DNA from: Octopus sinensis
Lineage: Eukaryota
DNA: 64,000 nt
Assembly (NCBI RefSeq): GCF_006345805.1
Contig: NW_021833235.1
Coordinates: 16,266 to 80,265 of the forward strand
Direction: 5' to 3'
Numbering within the stretch: position 1 is the stretch's first letter; the number at the start of each line of letters is the position of its first letter. The translations under genes were made by a program, and so were the position numbers. The notes below the pieces were generated by a model. The model worked only from the letters and a program-made list of their open reading frames with translations, was not told where the DNA came from and made no database searches. This document shows, in pieces, positions 40,871-54,140 of the stretch.

Positions 40871-41537
40871 GAAGTTTTATGGTGCCGCATAAATGGCATT
40901 TGTGTTGGTGTGACGTGCAAAGCACCCAGTACACTCTGTGACATCCAGCCCTAGAAGCCATCCCAGAATAGACAATGGAGTCTGGTGTGGACCCTGGCTT
41001 TACTAGCTCTGGTCAAGCTTTTGTGTGTCCATAAAGGGGTGCGTGCGGACAGACGTCTCCGAGATTCTGCTATTAAGTTCTGTCATAGATGTGGTTCGGA
41101 GGGGAGATAACTAGAACCGCTCAGTAAATCGTCAGCATGGCCCAAGGGGAGATAATTGAGTGCTACTCAACAACTGCAACAAAATATTATTTCCATCGTA
41201 GAATTTAATCTACAGCATAGATCCGGATACTAAATCGATAATGCTGGTGATGATAGTGATACATAATGTCGATATTATATAATTTTTGTGTTATTGATAA
41301 TGTCGAGTGAACGATATATTGCTCAGGGGAGGCCACTCTGTACACAGATCTTACAATTACCTCCTCGTATTTGTTGTGCGTGTGTAAGGGTTATCACTTG
41401 GTTGTTGAGTATATATACTGTTTCAATGTAGGAATATTCCCATATATTCAATGTATGAACAGCTAGTATATTACTTAAAGGCACACAAACTGAGATAAAA
41501 TTGTGCATGTTTATATATATATATTATATATATATAT

Positions 41538-41910
41538 ACAACTTATAAATAAGGGCAAACGAAAAAAAATTCTAATGCCAGATATGCCGAAAATTGGACA
41601 TATTGTCCATTTACAATATAATTTTTTTCCAGTACGCACGCTACTCGAAAAAAGGTCGACAGAAATCTCTAAAAAAAATTCCATTTACTTCTTTGCCACA
41701 TGTATCGCTGACAAAGGGAGGGTTCTTTTTGAACTAACCCAGAAATCGGTCCGATATGGTAATAATGGAATTTTTTTTAGAGATTTCTGTCGACCTATTT
41801 TCGAGTAGTGTGCGTACTGGGAAAAAATTATATGGTAAATGGACAGTATGTCCAATTTTCGGCATATTTGGCATTAGAAAATTTTTCGTTTGCCCTTATT
41901 TATAAGTTGT
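41538..41910. mobile_element. Fold-back MITE-like element with ~147-bp inverted arms and ~80-bp spacer
   Basis: ACAACTTATAAATAAGGGCAAACG... / ...CGTTTGCCCTTATTTATAAGTTGT; no hammerhead core found in the arms. Confidence 0.8.
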
Positions 41911-41986
41911 TTATAATTTAACCTTTAAAGGTATTTTTTAATATGCTGGCCATTGATAAAAAATTTTTTTGAAAAAATTTTATCCT

Positions 41987-42026
<40 letters not shown>

Positions 42027-42059
42027 TATATATATATATACACATATATACACATATTC

Positions 42060-42426
42060 AGGAGAGTATTGTAGTTCACTTGAAGCATTGTGTATTGTTT
42101 GTAAAGAATTAAAAGTTTTGAATGTTACAACAATGCACTATAATACAGACAATGGACCATAAGAACTGTTGTAATTTAGTTATCAATAGTCTATGATATT
42201 TCGGAAGAATATTCCTTCTTCAGATATTCTTAGATAGCAGTGACTCCATCTGAGAATATCTGAAGAAGGAATTTTATTCCAAAATATCATATCAGACTAT
42301 GGATGACTAAATTACAACAGTTCTTATGGTCCATTGTCTGTATTATAGTGCATTGTTGTACCATTCAAAACTTTTTATTCTTTGCAAACAATACACAATG
42401 CTTCAAGTGAACTACAATACTCTCCT
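42060..42426. repeat. Fold-back palindrome, ~175-bp arms, 12-nt loop
   Basis: AGGAGAGTATTGTAGTTCAC... / ...GTGAACTACAATACTCTCCT. Confidence 0.95.
42192..42227 (-). ncRNA. Minimal hammerhead motif in left arm of palindrome 42060-42426
   Basis: Minus strand AUAU-CUGAAGA-A-GGAA uauuc UUCC-GAA-AUAU-C-AUA. The + strand arm copy (42256-42292) has AAAA in place of GAAA (G12 lost at 42281). Confidence 0.6.
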
Positions 42427-42824
42427 ATATATAAATAGATGAGTGTATTTTTACCTTGTTAACAATTAACACGGGAAAAAAAAAAATAGTTACCAGGGTA
42501 GCAAAAATCTCACAAGTAAAGAAGCCCATCGTATATATGTGTATATATATATATTTGTATGTGTGTGTGTGTATATGTTTGTGTGTCTGTGTTTGTCCCC
42601 CAACATCGCTTGAGAACCGATGCTGGTGTGTTTACATCCCACGTAACTTAGCAGTTCGGCAAAAAGAGACTGATAGAATAAGTACTAGGCTTACAAAGAA
42701 TAAATCCTGGGGTTGATTTGCTCGACCAAAGGCAGTGCTCCAGCATGGCCACAGTCAAATGACTGAAAACAAGTAAAGAATAGTAGGTGTCTTTTGGCAG
42801 ATTTCTTCCATATTATAACCGTAA

Positions 42825-43340
<516 letters not shown>

Positions 43341-44728
43341 TGATGTGGCAGTGTTTCTATAGCTGGATGCCCTTCCTAACGCCAACCACTCCGTGAGTGT
43401 AGTGGGTGCTTTTTACGTGCCACCTGCACAGGTGCCAGACGCGGCTGGCAACGGCCACGATCAGATTGGTGCATTTTACGTGCCACTGACACGGAAGCCA
43501 GTCAAGACGGCGCTGGCATCGGCCACGATTCGGATGGTGCTTTTTACGTGCTACCGGCATGGAATCCAATCTAGGCGGCGTTGGCATCGGCCACGTTCAG
43601 ATGGTGCTTTTTACGTGCCACCGGCACAGGGATCACAACTGCAGTTTCCATTGATTTTGATGTTGGTGTACTTGACTCAATGGATCTCCTCAAGCACAGG
43701 GTCGAAATGGTGTTTCTTCACTTGCCACCTGCACAGGAGTCAGTCCAACGGTCCTGACAACTGCTGGGTGCCAGTCATAGGATTGGTTCAATTTCGATTC
43801 TGATTTCACTTGCCCCAACAGCTCTTCGCAGGCAGAGTTTAGTATCCAATGAAGGGAGGTTGGCATGGGTGCCTTTCGTCGGATGAGGTTCGATTTCGAC
43901 TTCACTTGCCTCAACAGGTCTTTGTGTCCAAGGGAGGAAAGACATGCATAATTGGGCTGGCTGGGCTGGACTCACTTGTCCTGCCGGGTCTTCTCACGCA
44001 CAGCATATTTCCAAAAGTCTCGGTCACTAGTCATTGCCTTGGTGAGGCCTAAACTTCGAAGGTCGTGCTTCACCACCTCGTCCCAGGTTTTCCTGGGTCT
44101 ACCTCTTCCACGGGTTCCCTCAACTGCTAGGGAGTGGCACTTTTTCATGCACCTATCTTCATCCATTCTCGCCACATGGCCATCTCAGCACAATTGTCTC
44201 TCTTGCACACCACAGCTGATGCTTCTTAGGTCCAATAAGTCGGAAGGTAAGCAACTACAAATCGGCATGAACTTTCCGGACGATCCAATATAATTAAATT
44301 TATGCATTGTCATTCTCATCAGTGTGAGGAATCTCTTGAACATCAAGGAAGTTTAATAAGATGAAATAGAATAAAATGAAATAAGATTCAATAAGAGAAC
44401 ACAGATGGGGCAGTAAGGGAAAAATCAGTTAGTTTGCAAACCAAGTTGTGAAAGGGTAAAAGTAATCATAATAACAATAATGGTAGTGAGAGAGACGAAA
44501 AAGAAAGACATATCAATGTGTCTATATGCAAGTCTGTATGTGCAGTAAAACTATAGCATAAGAATCTAATGGATATGTTTAAAAAAAATTGTAATAGGTC
44601 GAGATGAAATACAATGTAAAGATGGTCATGTGTGCCTAGGAGAGTACAACGTAACAATTTCACTAGCAGGAAAAAACCTTATAGAGTTATACGTATACAT
44701 AGTAATATTGAAAAATGGAAAAAAAAAA

Positions 44729-44763
<35 letters not shown>

Positions 44764-44940
44764 TGTATATATATATATGTATATATATATGTATATATAT
44801 ATGTATATATATATATGTATATATATATGTATATATATATGTATATATGTATATATATATGTATATATTATGTATATATATGTATATATATGTATATATA
44901 TATGTATATGTATATATGTATATATATATGTATATGTATA

Positions 44941-44989
<49 letters not shown>

Positions 44990-45490
44990 ATGTTGTGTGT
45001 CTGTGTTTGTCCCCCTAGCATTGCTTGACAACCGATGCTGGTGTGTTTATGTCCCCGTCACTTAGCGGTTCTGCAAAAGAGACTGATAGAATAAGTACTG
45101 GGGTTGATTTGCTCAACTAAATCGGTGCTCCAGCATGGCCGCAGTCAAATGACTGAAACAAGTAAAAGAGTAAAAAGAGAAAGAGTATATATATGTGGAG
45201 GCGCAATGGTCCAGTGGTTAGGGCAGCGGATTCGCGGTTGTAGGATCGCGGTTTCGATTCCCAGACCGGGTGTTGTGAGTGTTTATTGAGCAAAAACACC
45301 TAAAGCTCCACGAGTCTCCGCCAGAGGGGTGGTGGTGATCCCTGCTGTACTCTTTCGCCACATCTTTCTCTCACTCTTTCTTCTGTTGGCCTGCTCACTT
45401 AGCCAGTGGGGTGACATCATTTGAAGGCTAAATCAATACAAAGCGCATTGTGACCAGCGATGTTTAGCAACATCTGATAGCCTGGTTGGT

Positions 45491-45521
<31 letters not shown>

Positions 45522-47344
45522 ACCAGAAGTTGAGAGACAATACTGTTTGAGAATGATTGAATTTATAAGTAGAAAATGTGTATGCCGTTAGAGGCAAAAA
45601 CAAAAAGATTTTTTCAGAGAGACAACGATCAAAGACAGGGTAGGCCGGTGTGTTCGCTAGGAGTTCCCCTACTCAAAAAATAGCCTGGGGTAGGAGAGAC
45701 ATTTGAAAAAGAATAGGAAACGAAAACGAGTATATGAAGGAGAAAATTATTATTAGCAGGAGTGGCTGTGTGGTAAGTAGCTTGCTAACCAACCACATGG
45801 TTCCGGGTTCAGTCCCACTGCGTGGCATCTTGGGCAAGTGTCTTCTGCTATAGCCCCGAGCTGACCAATGCCTTGTGAGTGGATTTAGTAGACGGAAACT
45901 GAAAGAAGCCTGTCGTATATATGTATGTATGTGTATGTATATGTTTGTGTCTGTGTTTGTCCCCCTGGCATTGCTTGACAACTGATGCTGGTGAGCTTAC
46001 GTCCCCGTCACTTAGCGGTTCGGGAAAAAGAGACCGATAGAATAAGTTCTGGGCTTACAAAGAATAAGTCCCGGGGTCGATTTGCTTGACTAAAGGCGGT
46101 GCTCCAGCATGGCCGCAGTCAAATGACTGAAACATGTAAAAGAGTAAGGAAAAAAAGAAACCACGTATACAGAGTTTGGTTTTTTTATTGTTGTAGTTGT
46201 TCAGGTGTTCTTGAACCTATCATTGATGCTCCTAGATGTCTCACCAATATAGCACGCTGGGCGAAATGCGTAGCCGTATTTCGTCTGCCGTTACATTCTG
46301 AGTTCAAATTCCGCTGAGGTTGACTTTGCCTTTCATCCTTTCAGGGTCGATAAATTAAGTACCAGTTGCATACTGGGGTTGATGTAATAGACTTAATCCC
46401 TTTGTCTGTCCTTGTTTGTCCTCTCTATGTTTAGCCCCTTGATGGCAATAAAGAAATAAATATAGGACTCTGGGAGAACCATGCGAGTCCCTTCCTGGCA
46501 CTTAATTTGGTATGCACCTGTCTGAACAGGTGTAACATGGCGTCGGATGTTGAAGTGATCGCAGAGCAAAGTGAGATGAAGCGATTTGCTCAAGAAACAC
46601 TATCCGGTCCATACACGCACATACACGTATATACAGACACGCACACATATTCACCTGTTGAAAGAGCCATTACTTCGCTTACAAAATGACTGGAGATGTT
46701 CATATTGAGATTTACTGTCTTTGAGAGTTGCCTCCCCTGCAGCTTTTAATCTTTTCAGTTTTTTTTCTTTTTTCTTTTACACTTCCTTTTATTATCATCA
46801 CTATATAGATTCTCTCTCTCTCACATGCACACTCACGGTTGCGTGATAAAGTAGTTTGATGTTACTAAACCATGTGGTTTGGGGTTCGGTCCCACTGCGA
46901 TGCATGTTAGACCAACAAATGGCTTGAGAGTGAAATTTGGTAGACGGAAACTACAAACCACTTTTGTGTGTTTGTATATATGTTTTTGTATGTGTCTGTT
47001 TACCTGTCTGTGTCTGTCTGTCTGTCTCTCTGTCTGTCTGTCTGTGTGTCTGTCTGTCACGCACACACAGATTTCTTTCAGTTTCCATCTACCACACCCA
47101 CTCACAAAGCTTTGATCAGCCCAAGGTGACACGCAGTGGGACCGAACCCAGAACCATGTGTTTGGAAGCAAACTTCTTGCCACACCTGTACCTATGTAAT
47201 TGCTAAGAGTTCCTGTAAGGCGACCACTATGCCTACTACTACTACTTCCACTTTCATTATTTCCCTCACAACCAATCCCACCATGACCACCACCACCACC
47301 TCTATCACCATCACTAATTCTGTCTCTGTTTTCTTCATCAACAG

Positions 47345-47725
47345 GTCATCAACTGGCAAGAACATCTTCATGTTCCCTTCAAGAAGCTCTCGTCGGCCTC
47401 CACTGATCTCATGCTTTCTCTCCTGTCCGATCCCAGCCAGCGGCTCGGCCGGAACGGTGCCGACGAGATCAAGCACCATGCCTTCTTCGACGGCCTCTCG
47501 TTCAACGGACTACGACAGCAGCCAGCGCCGTACGCTCCGACCATCTTGTACCCCACCGACACGTCGAACTTCGACCCCGTCGACCTCGACAAGCTGCAGA
47601 AGGACAACAACGATGGCCACCACAGCCAGCTGCCGCCGGAGCACGGCTTCTTTGAGTTTACGTTCCGGCGCTTCTTCGATGATGGCGGTCATCCGTATCC
47701 TGATAGGAGCACTGTGTTTGTCTGA
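47345..47725 (+). CDS. LATS1: LATS/Warts kinase terminal coding exon (VINWQEHL...PTDTSNFDPVD...HGFFEFTFRRFFDDGG...STVFV*)
   Basis: catcaacAG acceptor (47343-44), phase 0, in frame with ORF 47411..47725. AGC-kinase C-tail with hydrophobic motif FFEFTFRRFF and a C-terminal VFV resembling the V-Y-V end of animal LATS; TGA stop at 47723-25. Confidence 0.97.
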   Translation, partial: VINWQEHLHVPFKKLSSASTDLMLSLLSDPSQRLGRNGADEIKHHAFFDGLSFNGLRQQPAPYAPTILYPTDTSNFDPVDLDKLQKDNNDGHHSQLPPEHGFFEFTFRRFFDDGGHPYPDRSTVFV

Positions 47726-48489
47726 GGAGGACAAAAGAAAGAATTGCAAAACAAACAAAAAAAATAATGCAACCAACCATGAAATTTAATCATGTGACTC
47801 CATGCCATCCTCTTCCCATAATGCATCAGTTCCATTCCCCACCCTGCCTTTTTTTTTTTTTTTGATTGCTGTTGGGGGGTGTGGAGTGGGGACAGGAGAG
47901 TGCAGGGTGGGGAGAGCGATCGCCCTCTCCTCTTCACTCCGTCCTCATCCCTACACCCTCTGCAAAATAGGAAAAAAAAAAATAAATAAATAAAAACCGA
48001 AAATGACACAAAGAAAAAAAAAATTCACAAACATACAAATACGAACATAAAAAATAAAAATTTTTTTTTTTTGTTTCTTTGTGAGAGGTTGGAGAAGAGG
48101 GCTTAAAGGAGTGAGGGTGTGGCGGGGTTGGGTAAGTGTATGTGTGGGGTGGGGGAGTTACCCTCCCCCCCTCTCCATTGTCACACTTTTTCTCAACCTC
48201 CTCCTCCTTGCTAAAAGTAAATAAATAATAAAAATTAAAATAAAAGAACTGCTCTCTTTCTCATGCTCTCCCTGCCTCCCTCCTCCCCCCTTTGTACTTC
48301 CCGAAATTACAATTAGTTTTTAATTAATTAGTCAACTAATTAATATTATTATTATTATTATTATTATTTAGATAATTAACAGAGGAAAAATAAAGAAATA
48401 AATTCAAATTGAATTTCCAATTACAAAAGCTGTTGTTAATTAAATTAAATGACTTAATTATTTTTTTTACTAATCTTTGTATAATGCTT

Positions 48490-48522
<33 letters not shown>

Positions 48523-48552
48523 GAATGAAACAAACATCAATGTAATAAAAAT

Positions 48553-48590
<38 letters not shown>

Positions 48591-48940
48591 TGGAGGCGCA
48601 ATGGCCTAGTGGTTAGGGCGGCGGACTCGCGGTCGCTGATCGCGGTTTCGATTCCCAGACCGGGTGTTGTGAGTGTTTATTGAGCGAAAACGGGGTGTTG
48701 ATCCCTGCTGTACTCTTTCACCACTCTTTCTTCTGTTGGCCTGCTCGCTTAGCCAGCGGGGTGGCGTCATTCGAAGGCTAAAAAACAATGCGAACGCATT
48801 GTGACCAGCGATGTGTAACAACATCTGATGGTCTGGTCGGTCACGTGATCACGTGATATATATATATATTGGCTGGTATTTCTAAAAATTTCAGTATGTG
48901 GCAAAGTAAATTATTTTACTGAGCCCTAATTATATAACGG

Positions 48941-48971
<31 letters not shown>

Positions 48972-49679
48972 GAAAAAGTGTATAGTGAAGAAAATAAAGC
49001 AAAAAAGTATCAGTATGAAAAGAAAAAAAATAAACAAAAAATGTAAAATGTAAAAAAATTAGGGATTTAATGACATTAAAAAAAAAGCTCCAAATTTTTG
49101 TGGGTCTTATTTTGGTAAATAATATTTAAAGAAAAACATAAAAAAATATAGAAAATGAACAAGACATCTATTTAGTCCCTCATTCCATCTTCATGTATTT
49201 TCTCTCATTTATAAATTCTTCGTGCTACACACCGCTCTCTGACCCCCGGACCTTTACTTCTCTCCACTGCTGACCATCCCCCACCCCACCTCACCCCTAA
49301 CTTAACTCTGGTCCCTACATGAAAGTAAATACTCCTTTTTTTTCTTTTGGTTTTTAAACCCTTTCTACATTCACGTGCTCCTTAATAATACTCCTACTTA
49401 TCCCCTCCCATGATCTTGCTGGCCTTGTGCCAAAATTTGAAATCATTATTATTATTAAGGTCATGGGAGGACTGTTAGAATTGTTTACACCATGGACAAA
49501 ATACCTCTACAGTTTTTGTTCCAGTGCGTCACATTCTGAGTTCAAATCTTGCTGTGGTCTGTTTTTCCTTTCACCTTTTCCAGTGTCAGTACCATAAAGA
49601 ACCAGTAAAATGGTGGGGGCTGACAAAACCGTGTCTTTCCTTCCCCCAGTATAATTGATGGAAATTCTTGTATATATTG

Positions 49680-49932
49680 TGGTTGTATACTGTCAACTTA
49701 ACGTGACAGTCGGGATTACACCACGGCTGTTTAGCCCTAGGAAGCATCGACGCTTCCTGTCGGCTTCGACACAATTTCTGTGTCCTTATATATTTATTTT
49801 TTATATATTTTATTTAAATATATAAGGACACAGAAAATGTGTCGAAGCCGACAGGAAGCGTCGATGTTTCCTAGGGCTAAACAGCAGTGGTGTAATCCCC
49901 TACTGTCACGTTAAATTGACAGTATACAACCA
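49680..49932. repeat. Fold-back palindrome, ~117-bp arms; same family as 58951-59359
   Basis: TGGTTGTATACTGTCAA... / ...TTGACAGTATACAACCA; the right arm continues into the reverse complement of 58951-59010. Confidence 0.9.
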
Positions 49933-50273
49933 TTCTATCGCCCCACCACCGTACATATCTCTATGAGATATTCAGAAATTTAATATTTCTGAACTTGTAT
50001 ATATTATCTGCTCACAAACATAAAAATAAGGGCACAGATGAATATAAAGAAAGTAATATTTCAAACACAGTATAACCATGAAAACCGCAGAAATATTGTG
50101 TATATTATCCTTATATGTCTGCAGACAACTTCTTCCATCATATAAGGGTAAAAATATCCTGTTTTTTTGCTGTTTCCATGGCTACACTGCGTTTGAAATG
50201 TCACTTTCTTGTCTGTATGATACAGTACACATTTGATGCTTCCCCCCAAGAAAACAAAGTTCTAGGCTGTTGC

Positions 50274-50304
<31 letters not shown>

Positions 50305-52420
50305 TATAAGTAGTTGAATGAATTATCCTAGTATGGATAATTCGGTTAACCGATACCTGGGTAGCAAATTCACGTCAGAAAACACGGTTGAAGCTACATG
50401 CCAAGGGCAGAGATCGCGTGCTTTCGTGTGGAAATTTGTGTTTTTTTTATAAATAAATGAAAGAATGGAGTCGAACGACGATTTAACAAAATTCCTTTAT
50501 TAAATCGTCGTTCGACTCCATTCTTTCATTTATATATATATATATATATATATATGAAACTCAAAATATGAATACGTCTATATATGTGTGTGTGTGTATG
50601 TATGTATGTATAAGGTTTTCATCATATTCACCTGGCATTGTAATTGTTTTTATAATTTGTTCCAGAACATTCTGTGGAAATATTATTGTCACCAGTTTAT
50701 AAATGTGCGACTCCTTGATTTAAAACCCGTCTGATGAGTGCCAATGCATGAAACTCCTGGTCCTAAATTCTGCTGATTCTTAACAAAAAAAAATAACATT
50801 TAATCATACCACCCATCTTCATTCCACCTTGTATCAATAATAATTCTTTCTACTGTAGGCACCAGGCTTGGAATTTTGCGGGAGGGAGTAAGTCGATTAT
50901 ATTGAGCCCAGTGTATCACTGATACTTATTTTACCAACCCCGAAAGGATAAAAGGCAAAGTCAACCCCAGTGGAATTTGATCTTAAAACGTGAAGGCACA
51001 AAATACTGCTAAGCATTTTGTCTGGCGTGCTAACGATTCTGCCAGCGCACCACCTTGGTTGTATCAATAAAATATGATTATAATAATTGTATTATAGGCA
51101 CAAGGGTAATAATTCTAGTGGGTGGAGGATTAAGTTGATTACATCGACACCTGTACATGACTGGTGTTTCATTTTCTCGACTCCCGAAAGGATGAATGGT
51201 AAACTTGATCTTTGTAGCATTCGAAATTAGAAACGTAAAGAGTTGGAAGAGATGCAACGAAGCATTTTGTGTGGCGTTCTAATGATTCTTAGTTCTTTAT
51301 TGCCCAGAAGGGGCTACACACAGAGGGGACAAACAAGGACAGACAAACAGATTGAATCGATTATATCGATCCCAGTGTGTAACTGGTACTTATTTAATCG
51401 ACCCCGAAAGGATGAAAAGCAAAGTCGACCTCGACGGAATTTGAACTCAGAACGTATTGAGAGACGAAATACCGCTGAGCATTTCGCCCGGTGCGCTAAC
51501 GCTTCTGCCAGTTGGCCGCCTTGGCGTTCTAATGATTCTGCTAGCTCTCTGCCTTCCATGATGATGATAATCATAATGATGGTTGTGATGATGACGAAAG
51601 CAGGAAAAGAAATATAAAAATATACAACAAAAAAAAAAGCAGTAGAAAGTGAAATGAAAGGTTGGAGAAAACCCCCTCCCCCATCTGTTTCTGTTATCAT
51701 CTCTTCATCTTCTTCATTTTCCCCTCATCTGACTGTCCCCACTTTTAAAAAATTTTTCTAAGTGGGGAATGTCTTTCGTCTTCATGCAGACATACTTACG
51801 CACACACATATTTGCAAAGACCTGCACAAACACATATGCTGTACATTGTCGCAAACACACAGACAGACACACACACATACGTGCATGCACGCACACTCAC
51901 TTGCTCGAACCAACACGGGACACTCCACTCAGGACTGAACAAAACTGTTTAGTGTAAAGCGGTAAACCTTTCTAGTGAACATTTGGTAAGTTAACGAGAA
52001 TATTTAGTTGAACTGTAAAGTAAAATAAAGTCTAATAACAGTGAACGATTGACATTGATGTTGTTGTTACCTTTTTGTTTTATAAGTTCTTGGTACCTCC
52101 TTGGTTCTGTGGGGGCTTAGAAGCTCGGGATCTTTTCCTTTTGAACGGCAGATGTCAACACAATTTCTAGTTAACTAAACACTTTTAAACTTCGTATACT
52201 GGCAGAATGTGTTTATAAAACATCATTTTCTCTTGGTTTTACTCTTTTACTTGTTTCAGTCATTTGACTGCGGCCATGCTGGAGCACTGCCTTTAGTCGA
52301 GCAAATCGACCCCGGGACTTATTCTTTGTAAGCCCAGTACTTATTCTATCGGTCTCTTTTGCCAAACCGCTAAGTGACGGGGACGTAAACACACTAGCAT
52401 CGGTTGTCAAGCAATGCTAA

Positions 52421-52464
<44 letters not shown>

Positions 52465-53676
52465 ATAAGACAGGCTTCTTTCAGTTTCCGTCTACCAAAT
52501 CCACTCACAAGGAATTGGTCGGCCCGAGGCTATAGCAGAAGACACTTGCCCAAGATGCCACGCAGTGGGACTGAACCCGGAACCATGTGGTTGGTTAGCA
52601 AGCTACTTACCACACAGCCACTCCTACGCCTATTTTATTGAGAAAATTCTATAGTTTGTAAGATATTTCGTCTGAAAATCCGAGCATTTCGGCAATTTTA
52701 ACCAATTGATTACCTCCATTCAACTAAAATCATCCGGCCACGATCGGATGGTGCTTTTTACGTCCCACCGGCACGGGGGCCAGACTAGGCTGGCAACGGC
52801 CACAATCGGATGGTGCTTTTTACGTGCCGTGGACAGATTTAGCTGACAGAAACTGTGAAATCTTGCCATGTGTCTAAGTGTGGGGCTGTTTGTGTCTCTT
52901 CATCTTGAAAATCGTGTAATTGTTGTAAATTGTCATTCATTTCCAATATGCTGCAAAAGCATGTCTGGCCGCGGGGAAATGTTATCTTGATTGGTGAAAG
53001 GAACACGGCGTCTAGCTGTAGAAAATTTGCCTCACAAAACTCTAACAGATCTATGCAAGCATAGAAAAGTGAATTCTGAAAATGATATATAATGTGTGTG
53101 TGTGTGTGTGCACGTGTCTTCTTCTATATTCTTGAGCTGACCAGGCTTTGTAAGTGGATTCGGTAGATGGAAACTGAAAGAAGCTCCTTGTGTGTTTATG
53201 TATATATATAGAGAGAGAGCAATAAGAAAACGGAGGGGATCAATAGGTGGTATTCATCAACTTTAGACATTATATTATGTCAATTTATTTATTTGTTTAC
53301 TAAAAGGACAATTAAAACTATACATACATGTATAACCTTATGCTTTACATAAATAATATAAAGATACCAGAAAATATTAAAATTTATAATATACAGGAAT
53401 AGAAAATGGAAAAGTATCTTACAGCTGTTTCAGTCAAGAGGTAAAAATACCTCAGTCTACCTTTATCTCTCCAGTAGACTGAAGTAATTAGTAGATGATT
53501 TTGAGGTACTTGGGTGTTTCTCTAGGCTTCGTCAGAGATTTTAGAAAGTACATAAGGTTAAGTTATATATATAAATACACACACATATACATACCTATAC
53601 ATACATATACATCTACACTTAAATGTACATGCATATTTGCATGTATATGCATTCAAAAGAATCAATTATTAAAACT

Positions 53677-54140
53677 CTTCTCCCTAGAGCGAAGGCGGGA
53701 GAGATATGCGGTGATATACATCTGGAAAATCCTGGAGGGTCTTGTCCCAAACTTTGGCATTCAAAGTTACTCCAACCGCAGAACGGGGCGCCACTGCATG
53801 GTGCCAAAGATTCCAACATCACCATCAAAATACAGGACCAGATACTGCAACAGCTTGGGTTTCAGAGGACCACAGCTCTTTAACATCCTCCCTAAATGCC
53901 TGAGAGACTTGCATGGTGTGGATGTGGGTTTCTTTAAAACTAAACTGGATCTCTTCTTGTCGGGGGTCCCAGATGAACCTACCTCACGACAGGAGACACA
54001 GATGTGGGCAGCGGCATCGAACTCCCTTGTTGACCAAGTGCCACGTATCAGAGGTGGATTCACATATTAGTGTAGCTCATTCAGCAGTGGTGTCCCAGCA
54101 TGGCCGCAGCCTTCGGGCTGAAACATTTTCATGGATTTAT
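53677..54140 (+). mobile_element. CR1/Jockey-group LINE 3' end with stem-loop tail
   Basis: LFSLERRRERYAVIYIWKILEGLVPNFG...FRGPQLFNILPKCLR...FKTKLDLFLSGVPDEP, then CAGCCTTCGGGCTG hairpin and ATGGATTT repeats. A related fragment lies at about 57890-58100 (-). Confidence 0.85.

Noticed and set aside
44255-44295. Mariner-like TIR fragment (GGATCGTCCGGAAAGTTCATGCCGATT on minus)
   Set aside because: Single short end without a partner TIR or transposase; too weak to call.
47726-49200. LATS polyadenylation site
   Set aside because: Many AATAAA hexamers within A-rich runs; none can be singled out without transcript data.
50731-50762. CTGATGA-GTGC/GCAT-GAAAC...GTC hammerhead-like core
   Set aside because: Core and stem II fit, but there is no stem I pairing. 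Similarly incomplete motifs at about 39120, 40129, 58708 and 61028 were also not called.
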